From: Owenia fusiformis
Taxonomy: Eukaryota
Assembly (NCBI GenBank): GCA_903813345.2
Contig: CAIIXF020000001.1
Location: forward strand, 29,946,001 to 30,010,000
Direction: 5' to 3'
DNA length: 64,000 nucleotides
Positions 23,701 through 37,200 of the stretch are shown piece after piece (within the stretch, counting starts at the first letter, position 1; each line of letters begins with the position of its first letter). The position numbers and the translations under genes are program-made. A model generated the notes under the pieces. That model did no database searches, was not told the origin of the DNA, and was given only the letters and a program-made list of their open reading frames with translations.

Positions 23701-26700
23701 ATGTTTTGCTGTACATTCTATTTGTATATTCAGTCTACAAAAAATCACATGACAGGTATCTGAAATTTAATAAAGACTTGATCTGGATCTGATATTGTTG
23801 TGATACACCCTGTCCCTGTATCTGATAATTTCCTTAATATAATAATAATCCTTGCATAATCAATAATCAACCAATGATTAATAGCTATAACTGTTATGAT
23901 TTCAGACAAGACCTGTAACCCATCTTTAATGGACATTTTCTCTGGCAAGGTCAACGCTACATCAGTTATTTTACCCCCAGAAAGGGTCACTGGCATGGAC
24001 TGGCCTAGCATTGCTGGCCTTGGCATTTGGATGATTTGTGTGTTATATGCTAGGTAAACTTTAGCTGGGTTTGAGAATTTTTCAATCTTGTAACTCTTTG
24101 CATATAACCACTTACGACTTGAACTTGAATATAAATGTTAGGATTGAAATTTTGCTTAACTTTTTGAAGTGGTATTTGTGTTGGCGGTCAAGTTTTATTG
24201 TTGAACATTGCAGTAAGCACTTCTACAGGGAAAGACCAGTGCACAAAAACCACACGACAGTTATCTGAAATTTGATATGGAATTGGTCTGGATCTGATAT
24301 TGTTGTGACACTCCCTGTATCTTAAAATTTCCATAATAGCAATGAAGAAAGGTAACAAGTAAACATTTTTCTTTTCAGCATCCGTACCGCTTCAACTAAC
24401 AACATGGGGAAACTGACAAACAAAAATACAGAGAATGTCTACTTGAATGACAACTCATCAGGTATGTCAGTCTTTAAAGGGAAGCAATAAGTAATTATTG
24501 TTCATTGTGAATTAATTCTCAATTGATACACATAGCTATTCCAGTTAGTATACCCATAGACACTTTTTAAGTAGCCGGCAACTCTTTGGATTTTCACTTA
24601 ATGAATTTTTGCAATGATGCTTAATATTAATTTTTTTAATCAATCCAAAAAATTAATAATAATTTGTCATTAACATAAACTGCACCTCATAATTTAAAAC
24701 CATTGTGGTGTACAACAATTGTCCCATCTAACTGACGGTTCCTTATAAATATGAAAAGCTATCATGGGAGGAATGGATCTTTAAGAATTTTCTTTGATAT
24801 ATACATATCCTGCAATTGTATAGATAACCAATTATCAAGGTTCCACACAATAAATATTTAAATAGTGTGTCAGTGCATGCTACCTTCCATTCTTCCGTAT
24901 TTCAAAACAATTTATGATACATTTCTTTCCATGCTGACTTCAGAACAAATCATGCTGTCATCTGGAAATGGTGAGATATTTACATAGTCAATAAGTCATC
25001 CATCCTCCCATCATATGCAGTGATCTCCCCAGCAGTGAATGAAACAGTTGCATACAAAAGTACCATTTGAAAGATCATTTGAACCCAATTGAGAATTTCA
25101 TTTAGAATTAAAACGTGGAAGAGAAAGATGTTATGACCAGTTTTGGAAGAAGGGTGATTAAGGTGGGAACTCTACATCCAATTCTATTGAAAAAACTCTG
25201 GGGAGAACGCTGAATCATGTGCTGTGTCAGTGGTATAGGAGTAGGGATAACAAAATACATTTTTTGTGATATGAAGCCAATGGGTCATTTGAACAGTTTC
25301 AGGTGCCATATTAGGTGAATTGGATATTAAGTATCAATGAATTATTTAAATAAGTCATCAAATTAGAATAATTTATGGAATTGGGTCATCACCTCATGAA
25401 ATTAGGCCTCAACTTAATAATTAAATGCTCCTATGCCTTTTGTCACATCACAACTGCCACTCATCTTTCATTGTCCCTAATTTGTGTAATCACACATGTA
25501 CCATATCCTACCATGTTTGTTTTATCATGAAATTATTTAATCAGTTTAGATTGTGAAGTTATAATGTGTATGTTTTATCATAACCATTGGTGTGAAATGT
25601 GAATTATGCTGTTATAAAGCCTGAAAATATAAATCCTCATAAGTGCTTTTGATTATCATTAGTAATCAACTCTCATATAATCATTGGTGTTGGGCACAGA
25701 TCAGTTGTAGTGGGACTTACACTCAAAAGTCAAATCAAGTCGGAACTCACCTGGGATCTTTGGAACTGAGGTAGTAATGTACATGTCAGTGTGCGAGTCT
25801 GCGAGTAAATATCCCAGCACTAATCAACAACATTTTATAAACATTATGATTCTGCATCATTATTGCTCCTTTTGTTCAATAGTTGGCATTGCTTATTTCT
25901 ATTTTATTTAAGAATCACTAATTTGATTTTTCATTGATATGAATATGTTGTATAAGCATTTTTGTGTATTAGATAAGTATGGTGTTTAGATATATATATA
26001 TATACATATATATATCAACAAAGGCCTGTTGACTATGTAAATACCTCATGTCTTTCCACTGATCCATGTATCATCCTTGTATTTCAATGTTATACCAATA
26101 AAGCCCGATCTTGAAAGATGAACAATATAACACTCTAATTATATCTTTAATTTTGCATAAATTTCTATCTATTCAATCTATCTATTCAAGCAATCTTCAG
26201 AATACCTCCTCATGCTTTCAATTTTTTGTTTTAAGTGCTCAGTTCTTATATCATTGAAATGCTTGAATGCTTCCCAAATGTGCTACAGTGGTTACTTCAA
26301 ATGGTATTCCAAATTTAGGTCAGCACCTAGTCTTGTTTCAGGCCCTAGTGATCTCTACAAACTGTCATAAGGAATTGAAGTAGATGGTATGGGGTTCAGG
26401 GACTCAATACAAGATTACTGAGCACTATTTGCGAAAGAACTGCTAAAACATGTAGTCAATACTACAGTATATACACTATACATACACGGTTCATGATGTT
26501 TCAGGATCTGCAAGTAACAAAGATGAGGAGAAATCTGGACAGAATGTTTGGGACAATGAAGAGGAAGCTGTTGCTTACAGCTACTCATTCTTCCACTTCA
26601 TGTTTTTCCTGGCCACTCTATACATAATGATGACATTGACAAAGTGGTACAGGTAAGTTGAATTCCTTGTCTAAGATAGGCTGAGTAAAATGAGAAAGCT

Positions 26701-27078
26701 CACTAGTTGCCTTGGAGATTAAACTTTTGTTTAAATTGAGTCAACATATTGTTTTATTATAATCTGTGATATCTTCTGTCTTATGAGAAACCTCACTCTC
26801 TCTGGTACAAGAACCAATCATTATTGAGTTCAACAGCATCTAGACTATTACACAGTATTGTCTGTATTCTTATTCATGGATGAATAAGTGTGATAGAATA
26901 TATTCATGAAGACAATTCACTAGACTAAATATTATGTTGTAGCCCTACAGCAGATGGGACCCTTACGAGCAACCTTCCCTCGGTCTGGGTGAAGATCAGT
27001 TCTAGTTGGGTCTGCCTCGTAATATATGGCTGGACACTCATTGCCCCTGCTGTTCTCAGTGACAGGGAGTTTGATTAA
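17714..27078 (+). CDS. SERINC: Serine incorporator (SERINC/TMS1 family) multi-pass membrane protein, ~462 aa
   Basis: Exons 17714-17734, 19659-19823, 20207-20394, 20690-20787, 21035-21172, 22596-22675, 23090-23273, 23906-24053, 24379-24461, 26505-26652, 26943-27078 give a continuous frame. Motifs: [87 protein letters not shown]...DREFD*. Confidence 0.96.
18317..18858. mobile_element. MITE with CATG...CATG termini and 7-bp TSD (P-element-like)
   Basis: catgggctttcaa..tagaagggtatgcaac / gttgcctacccttctagttgaaagcccatg; TSD ATGCTGC on both sides. Confidence 0.75.
21263..22437 (+). mobile_element. Helentron/HINE-like non-autonomous element with internal tandem core repeats
   Basis: Starts with ttatccc plus a (gtcc)n tract; tandem ~120-135 bp units containing aaaatggc(g/c)gccattt; ends gtgggatttgctac...ctagtt. 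Same family in opposite orientation at 43702-44602. Confidence 0.7.
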
Positions 27079-30000
27079 TATGGAGGTTTTCAGTGGACAT
27101 TGACACATTGTGTCTGGATAGTAGACACATTGTTAAAAGGGACACATTGTTGTTGTGTGCGGATTTTGAGGAACACGCTCTCTGGAGAAAACAACATAAT
27201 GATGTTTGTGTATATCTTGTAAAGCACTCATTTGGGAGTAGATGTTTTTAAGAAAATGACTTGTACACACTCAGCCGTCAGCAATGATGTTCCTATGATT
27301 TGAAAAATTCCTTGAATTCATTCTTTAGAAATATTAGAGTGAATCGATCTCCTTAAGTTGTAAATTTGGAGATTACAAAGGGAATATATTGTTTAGCAAG
27401 ATATTTTTACATTTTGTAAATATGGCCACTTTAAAAAAGCAGATGGAGTCTGTATTCTGACGTAAAATGTGCAGTACACACTACATGGATTGTAATGTGA
27501 AAACAGTACACCTGAGAAATGTATAAATATAACTCAATGTATGTATCAGTGTAAGGTATATTATACATAACTGTTGTTTGCCAAAATGTTACAGACACTA
27601 ACCTCCAAGATTTGCATTTGAATTCATGATTAATGAACCAAGAAAGCAAATATACTGAGAATTGCATAAGGTGTAATATATTTTAAAGCGCGTCCATATC
27701 TTTTATTTTGAGACCCTGTATTAGATAATTTTTTGTCCTCATTTGAGAAATAAAAAACCAATTAGCATTTCAAATAGACAAAAATGTTATTTTCTGTTAG
27801 CAGATAATTATTCTATAAAGAAAACACAAACATAATTGTCTAGTCTAGAAATGAAATATTGCATGTTGTAGGTTAGTGTCTGTGACGATTTGTTTGATTA
27901 TTAATCATATTTGTATAAATATTTGTAATTTATTTCATCCAAGATGCTTTATATTGAATTTCAGTAATCATGGATGTCCTTGATTTGTTTATCATGATAC
28001 TTGCCCTTGAGTTGTTATTGTTTGATACAAACCTTGATTGAAAACTAGACGTCTAGAAATTAAGATATTTACACATATGCCTACAGACGACATCAGGCCC
28101 CTTTCATTTATGAATAATAATGTATCAGACCTGTTATTGCTAAAGTTGGTTTGCTTTTCATAAGTTGTACTGTAGGCAATATTTTTCTTCAAATGCTGAA
28201 AATTGAAATTGCATTACAGTAAAACATATGGACATGCACATGTTAGACTACCACTGTCTTAATGGTATTCACACTATTTAAAGGCCCCATGTAAAGTTTG
28301 AAAAATATGTTTATATGGGGCCTTCAAGGTTTACAGTAGATATTTGAAAATACTCATTTATCAGTCGTTTGCTATAGAGGCATAAGCTTGAATAATATTA
28401 TTTCTGATGCATCTACACAATGGCAAAAAATTATGTTGCTGTAACTTTCTTGTAGGACATAAAATAAATATAGTCACTAAATATTTTACCTTGTTTACCT
28501 TGAATTTGTAATTTAGGAACAAAAAAACGTATCATTTTAAGTAATATAATAGTTGTATTTCATTTTAATATGTACAATTCAGAACTTCAGAGCTCTTTGA
28601 AGACATTCTATTTCAACTAGTAGTATAATAGTACATGGTACAATCATTGTCAATCAAAAACACTATATTTTAAGAAATACAATGTTAAAATCAGAATGAA
28701 TAATTTTATCCCGAAATTAGACAAGAATTCTTGAAAATCAGAAATTTTTCTAATCTAATGACACTTGAGTTATCTACCAGAAAACAAGTTGATTTTAAAT
28801 TAATTTATGGTATACATCCTTGTGATAACCAAGAGAATAACCCTATTCATTAATAATATATCCATAAAAACTATCATATTGGATTCACTAAAATAGGTAT
28901 AACATCAAACATACGTTTCCCTTTCACCTTAACTGCATTACTTGCTATATTAGACTCACAACATACTCACTAATCTGGAAGTCGTTTCAAGAAAATATCA
29001 TGAATTACAATTCCATATATTCAGTTGACTAAATCCGATGATTGATTTATGCAATATGATCAAAAATCGGGAATCGTGATCTACAATAATTTCGAGAAAC
29101 ACAGCTCCAACTATTCCAAAAGGGATTCAGTCACATTTAACATGACACACTTGGAGTCAACCAATGTTGGTGTGTCGCAAACTACTATATAACAGACCAT
29201 AAAATGGAGCAACCTGAGGTATAACTTGTAATGTATGTTCACAACATCTAAAGATTTTAAAATATATGTAAAATAATGTACCATATTCGCACTGAGGATC
29301 TCCAATGCTTGTATAAAGCATACACATACTGTATTTACATATGCAGACTCACTTCAATTTGACCGAAAAATACGGAATTACTATCAAATCTGTAGTTTCA
29401 ATACTTTATTGGCACATTTGGTCATCAAAATATGGCAGAGATTTCATTTGTAATTTTCTGAATATTTGATGTTTTGAAATCAGCAGATGTGTCTCTATGG
29501 ACATGCTAAATGTCCTGTAGAAGATCCTCTAAGTTTACTGCACTGTCTCTGACCCTCTAACAGGGATTATCTCAAACACATAATATACAGTGATATGTTA
29601 CATATCACACAACATACTTTAAGAAGGTACAACAAAGGTCAATGTTCTCATCTAGACATGCAGATAACATTGTATCAAGTTGGAACAAGGCCACTTATTA
29701 TTTTAATTTAATTACGCACCTAGTTAAAAACCATGTTAGATTGATATAGACTCTAGCATGAATAGCTTTCAAAATATTTATTATACTTTAACAAGCAATT
29801 TCTGTGTTTCACTCTCAGTCTAACATATTCTTTTGAAAATACTTGTTGCTCTGCAGTGTCTAGTTAACTCATAGTCCTATTGTTGTTTTTTGTAAGATTA
29901 AAACCAGCCAATATTATGAGATACAGTAGTGTATACTTATTTAATAACCATAAGTTGATTCAATATTCTAATATTAGTCAATACAATATGTATAATAATA

Positions 30001-31212
30001 CTAATAAAACACAAAGGTACAATGAGATTTCCCCTAAATGTACATGTATGTCTACAGATAAATATGATCTAAAAGTCTAGACTTATAAATTGGATGATTA
30101 ATGAACCTGGTTTGTATGTTGCCAAGAAAGAATGATGTCATCAGTCATAACACTCAATAAGTCAACTAATCACAGATCTATAAATTTTTAAATTGAACTT
30201 TTTTGGCAAAAATTCAAATCCTATATTGGGTAAAACTTGTACTTGTGTCATATAAACTTGTAATTTTACTTGATCTTGTACTTGTATCATATACTCATCT
30301 ACTGTCTAGTGTGCTAGAGTAACTTTTGATGAAATTAAAATCTAATGTAGATGCACTGAATGCACAGTCTCCATAACATCCAGTGGTAGAAAACAAGATT
30401 TTGACTTATAAACAAGAACTAGATTTTGACTTTAAGCGATGACAAACAAGTAAGTTTTAAAAACCCAACATAAAGAGTATACTGCACTATATATGTCTAA
30501 TAATATCATTTATGAAACTGTTAATGATTTTAATTTCATCGGGGATGAATCAAGTCAAACAGAATATTATTTATAATTTGGAGAAAATATTCCACTCCAA
30601 CCATAAGAATAAGAGTAAGAATGACTAAATGCATTGAACAATTTCAAGAACTTTATCCACTTAACTTGTACAGGTTGAGAAAATCCTCTTAAATATACTT
30701 TTAAAATTATGTGTAATATATATAATATATAATCATATGTACATATATATCTGTTAATACAGTCAATCCACAAGTTCCATATACAGTATAATGGTAGGGT
30801 GTATGCATATACAGTGCATATATATATATTATGTACATGTTGGTCCTCTAGTATTATTTTATGTACAGTAACTTGGGGCCCAACACCTGATTTGTATAAT
30901 ACTCCAAAATTAGTTATCACGATAGCACAGTTGCCATAACAACAGACTTAGTTACCATGACAACATTTAAATTATTACTTCAGTGGTGAGTTCTCAAAAA
31001 ATGTCATGTCATACTGGCAGTGATTGTCCAAACAATAAGACTATTGAAAAACATGAAACTATATTAAAGATAATACCAGGCAGAACTTGATTGTTATTCA
31101 ATTTTGGACATTTAACCTAGATCTATGTAAATCAATGAATTTTTTGGGTGAATCCTAGAATGTGTACCAATGAAATGCATTGCCAGCCTGACATTCATTG
31201 TACTAAGAGAAG

Positions 31213-34200
31213 CTATTCCATAAATCGAGTACATGCTTTCTTCCACTTGCATTGAGTACACCACATGTCTCTGTTCTCCATCCCATAGATTTTTCGACAC
31301 TTCCTTATGTCACTGCGTGCCTTCTTATGCTGAGGTGAAGTTTTTCCAATGATTGGTGTAAAGTTTGTTTTTGGAGAGGCAGCCTGGTGTTGCTGCAGCC
31401 GCTCTTGAGGCTTTGAAACCCGTATTGGTGGCGACAGCTACAAAAAGTAACACAGAACTGCTAAGGCGGTCATCTAATTGAGAATTATTTGCATTCTTTC
31501 AATACGATTAATGTCTTGTCACATTCTTTCATGCTAAACAATCAAGGATATGATCGAAGCACTTACCTCTTCCATTAATTCATTGCAATTTCTTATTTTT
31601 ATACATAAAATTTAAAAAAATGATATTGTCATATTTAAACAGAAATGAACAAGCAAGGCAGTTTTGGCCAAATTAGTACAATAGAGGTCACTGGGTTCAA
31701 AAAAATTTTTTGCCCAAAAAAATTATTAAAACCTAGCTCGTCAACAACCCACAGCATTCACACATAATGACTCTTCAGCATTCACTAACCTGCATGCCTG
31801 CATTGGGAGATGTCGCACACATTGTGTTCCATGAGATAGATCGTGATAACTTTGGAATAGGAATGACAGAGGGAACTGTTACTATATTTGTTGTTTGTTG
31901 GACACCAAAAGTGGACGAGAGTGTTGCTATAGGTTGATATTCCTAAAAAGAAACAGATTATGTGTTAATAAAAATGGACACTGTCACTGTCTATATATTG
32001 AGGCATTAAAACATCACATGTTTTTTCAATATTTTTACACAATTTACAGGTTTTACTATTGAGGTTATTAGACTAAATTTAGCTTAATTGACTGCATTGT
32101 ATATGTAGGTTCCCCATATGTTCCTACAAATGTTCCTGTATGGTAATTCAGATGAACTGGAACTGACACCTGTTGAACATTTATTTCATATTCACAATGC
32201 CCACAGTCACAGCTTATTAAGTGGATATTCAAAGTTATGTTAAATGATTCTCTGAGATCAGAGTATTTTTAGAACTTGAGGCTACAATTCAGATATAACA
32301 TTGATATCAATTGTCGCACAAAGCTATATTCCAGTCATATTCACCTTTTTCTGGTAGTCATGATCAGGCACTATGGGTACTGGATAACTGACTGCATAGT
32401 TGACGGGAGGTGGAGGAGACGATGTGTGCATGTCTGCCAGTGTTTGTGTCACATTATCTACAGAGACCTCTATCTCTGTATAGTAGAACTCCTCTTCATG
32501 GTCTGATAAATCGCCACCTGTCACCTTTGGCCTGCAAACAATGAGACATCATCTTAGTTTCCCTTTATTTATTTACCTTATTGATTGATAGTTATTTACT
32601 TCAGACTTCATTTATTTGACTTCCAGCTCAGCTACCATTCTTATTCCTATCATATAAATACAACAAATTCAAATAGTACTATTTATAACAATCAATACTA
32701 ATATCTGATAAACTACTTTTATACTAAAGTGAGTGCTCTGTGACATATTAGATACCAATTAGTAAAACAAGCCCAATAAACCATAATGTACATTTTGGTA
32801 TGACAGTTTTGGATCTTGGTTATTGTTTTCAGTATTCCAGGATATTGCTCTCTACTTCCAGATTTCAACAAGCTCAACGTAACCTTTGTAAACATATCTA
32901 CTAGGAGATTGTTCTTTATAAACACATTCATAAAATAACACATTTTCTGTATTGGTACAAGCTTACAAATATTGTAAATAAAGTATAGTTTCAGATGTAT
33001 TTTAAACAATCAACATCGTAAAAACAAGGAAATGAACAATTGGTTCTGACACAATTGAAACAAAATGTTAAATGTTAAGCCATGAGGCAAATCAAACATC
33101 CTGATTTATCAGTCAATTTTTTATGTTTAATGATCCATAAAAATGACTCACTTTTTATTTTACGGATATCCAGAGATAGAGCAGGTTGGGAAACCCACAA
33201 TACAAATACAAGCCATTAACATGCAAAATGTCACCAACTGCCATTTGTTACAGACATTAAACGCCAACCACCATTTTAAATTGTAACTACCCTAAACCCC
33301 TATGATCTAATAACACCACCCTCTAATAATGTCAGATGATTTTCAATTGTTCTTGACCTTTCATGATAGTTTGAATTTGATATGAACGTTTAAATCTACT
33401 CACATGCAGAAAATAAAGTGTCATGAATTTGAGTACATAAATACCAATAGAGGCGAGATCAAACAAATTATTTATAATTTAAAGAGGAAATGAAACTGAG
33501 CTCTTGCAAAGGATAACAAGTGACAGAGTCAAACTGTGTGCTTACGAATTTACTGATGACAGAAATGCAGAAAACCAACTTACCCCAAGTGTTCTGTTCT
33601 AACATGCTGCTCAATACCAGCACAGGTTGGGTGAATCTTCATACAGCGTGGCCATGAGCACTTGAACATTGTGCGTGTTGAGATCTAGAAGGAAACACAT
33701 TTTGGAAATCTTTAGAACAGGCATTTCAACTATTTGGTAAAACTTCAAATAGCAGACAGAAGGATGGATGGATGGAATGTGGTTAATCCCATTTTCTGAA
33801 ATTGATTCCAGATATCAAATATCTCACCAACCAGAACAACATACTTTTATTGTTTAATTTAATGGGAAAGACGGATCTTCACAATCATTCACCTTTGATT
33901 TTTTTGCTTTGTTGGGTTCACTGAAGTAAGCATGTGTGTCATCGAGTTCAATTCCCTCATCGAGTGATGATGTCATAAATAATCGCTCAGGGGGTGCACT
34001 CTCACTGAGGTTCTGAGTGAATGGAGGGGAGGGGGTGCTAGCTGTCTCTGATTTGCCACTAAAGAAACCTCCACTGTTTAAACTTGAATTTTCCTGCCAA
34101 GACTTTGGACTGCCTGAGTGTTCGGCTGAAACAAACAAAGACAAAATAAAGCAAAAATTACATCACATTATTTCAGTTCCATCAGGATCCATACAATCAA

Positions 34201-37200
34201 ATGACTCCTCATACTAGACCATGGTCTTATAAATTACTTTAAATAAATGGTCACAATGTATGTTCTTTTAGGAAGTATTCATTGAACCTATAGAGAGGTT
34301 TTCATGATGAAGATACTAATATTACAATACCATTGATATGGGTGGAGTTGATTTTGCCTTGAACAAATTCATGAAATGAACTTATTTTTATGTTAACTAC
34401 AGCTAGCTGTAAACATATTTGCTCCAAATTGGAGCAGGGTGTGTCCTTTAATTCATAAGGAAGGCCCACAAGCATTGAACTTAACCATTCCTAAATTATT
34501 TTTTGCTAATATGAGGGTTCTTTTATGTTTCATTTAACAATTATGAATGCACTTTTATTTTATTCAAAACAAAATAACAAGCCTTATGTCAGATTAGCCG
34601 ATATGTTAAGACAACGACCGGGATATTAGATTTATGAGATGTTTTCAAACATTTTCCACATTTCCATGCTTTGTAGGATATAATAGCTGTTAAGAGCATC
34701 CAATAACATTGACATCAGGATGTAGATGAAACACAGCATAAAATGATGAGATATGAGCAAATTAGGTCCAGAGGGATATAAACATTGCTTTCAATGTTCT
34801 CTCCTAATGTTGAGACATCTTTTTATTGGTTTGTAGTACAAATTCCGTAAAACAGTCCAAGGGTTGGTTTTTACCATGTACTTTGACCAACAAGATACGG
34901 AACTATGTAAACAATGATGGTAGTAACACCAATTGGAAAATTATGCTCAACACTTAACTGTGAAAGAAAAAAGTTTATTTTGTTTGAAAGGGGAGGAGGT
35001 AAATATGATTTCATTAAGGAATGTTGAACTAAAAAATCATGGGAAAAATAAATCAACATTTTCATCAATTGTCATATAATAATTTTCATTTTTTCAACAA
35101 CTATGTACATTTGGACAACATCCCTTAGTTTTTCTTTGACCTTTGATCATTTGACCCTCACACTTGTTTAAAGACCCCATATAAAGTTTAAACCACATTG
35201 GCCTATATTATAGTCCTTACCCAATGTTATCAAGATGAGCTATGTGAAACTTTTCAATTATCACCATCCCTGAGTTCCCCTTTAATTGCCTTGATCATTT
35301 GATTTGACCTTCATGGGTTAACTTAAAGATCCACCAATTCACAACAGATACAAAGGTGCCCTCACCATTATCTCTGAAGTTTGCTGGGAAGTTGGGAGAG
35401 TGTGGACTAGATGAGAATGAGGTGAGAACAAGAGCAGCCATGTGTTCATCCATGACTGCATTTTGAGTATCCATTTCTTCTTCTCCATAATCGTCTTCTT
35501 GTTTGCGCCTCCTCCTGAAATAACAAATAATCGTTTGAACTTAACTCAATAATCATTTTAATTTTTCTTAAATCATTTTATTTTGGACACTGGGAAGTTT
35601 TGGTCTGATGCAATTTATCAACAACTCTTTATCAATTATTTATCTGGTTAGTTTTTAAACCGGCATTGTCATTTTCAGCTGTTTTATAGAATAAGTAATA
35701 TATGGACAAGAACACTTGAACTGTTTTAGGCTATATTGTACATGTATGTATGCCAGTTGTTTACACAATAGTGTTTACTCAATGCATAATGCCTAATTAT
35801 TTAACAAAAAGCCCAATTCTTCCTATGCCATTTGGATCATGAACAGCTGAGCATAAACTTTAAATATTTAATTTTCTTCAGTCAACAAATAGGAACAACA
35901 TATTTGGGTATTAATATGATAAGTATTATTTATCTATTTAGTCCAGTTATTATGGAGCTTACAATTAGAGATAAATATAATAGCCAAGATAACAAAATGT
36001 TGACCATGTGTGTGATGTTACTTATCATGTGTTTTGTATGTTACTTTTTATCTAATCAATTAAAAGCATGAATAACACTTTAATCACTGGTCCTGCAAAC
36101 AATATAAAGGCAATACCCCTTGGCCCCCTTTTCCTATCTTGATAGGCCTCTTTCCCTTCATAGAGCGTGGATGAGGCAAATAGTAAACTGAACTAAGGTT
36201 TTCCTACAATCAGTCCTATTGTGAAATAACACATTTATAGCTTTAATAAATCAAAGACCCTGAAGTTAACCCGTGTGTCGGCTTGACCTTCTAACAGCAT
36301 CATAATTGCATCATAATATCATATTTCATGGATATCTGCCACAAATGGTAGGTGTCTTATAACTAGAACTATTATTTTGTTGATAAGGTCTCAATAAACA
36401 TCCTAACTTATTGTTTAATTTGGCAAAATTACAACTTCTATTCACATCTGCTTTAACTGTGTAAAAAGATAAGTTTGGGGATTTATCATTAAGTTTGGGG
36501 ATTTATCATTGACCATTATTATTCGGTCATTCAGTACCTTTGAAATTATTAAAATATCTTATGTTACACATAATTCAAAAATGGTCAAAACATTTGTGTG
36601 ATAACTATTTAAACTGGAGCATACCGGTGCATGTTTTCACACTGTCCCATTTATAAGATAACTTTTAAATCGTTTGGTTTCAAAATACAATGTACTTTCT
36701 GAATAAGTGGTCAATGTTTACTAATTATGTAAATCCCCCTCCCCCTGTCGCTGAACCTCAGGATACCAGCTTACAAGACACGCAACTTAACATTTTACTA
36801 AATCAAAAATAAAATTAAAATCTACAAAAAATATGACATAACTTCAGAATATTAGGTGGGTGTACAACTTCCTTATAGAAATACCAAAAGTAAGTGATCA
36901 TATTTTCAAAAGATCGTTCAATGTCACAATGGTTAATTAACAATGGTTATAAATGTGCACTCTCCACCTACACATTCTGGTGAAACATTATCAACCATGT
37001 TTTATATCCATATTTTAATAGCTATGGTTGGTTGATTTTTTAGTGCAATAATAAAAAAAATCTATCTAGAACTTCAGAGCCACATATCATTTAATTTTGT
37101 GTGATTCCATAAGTTCATTTTAAAATGACATCATATCTGAAATGACTTACCACCTTGCACAATCTGATAAAATATACTTTACAACTTTTGATGTATATTT

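Noticed and set aside
25767..25790. let-7-like sequence TGAGGTAGTA
   Set aside because: Only the first 10 nt match and no convincing pre-miRNA hairpin forms.
27076..27225. Stop-codon readthrough extension of SERINC (~48 open codons)
   Set aside because: TAA-T is a poor readthrough context and DREFD is the usual SERINC-type C-terminus.
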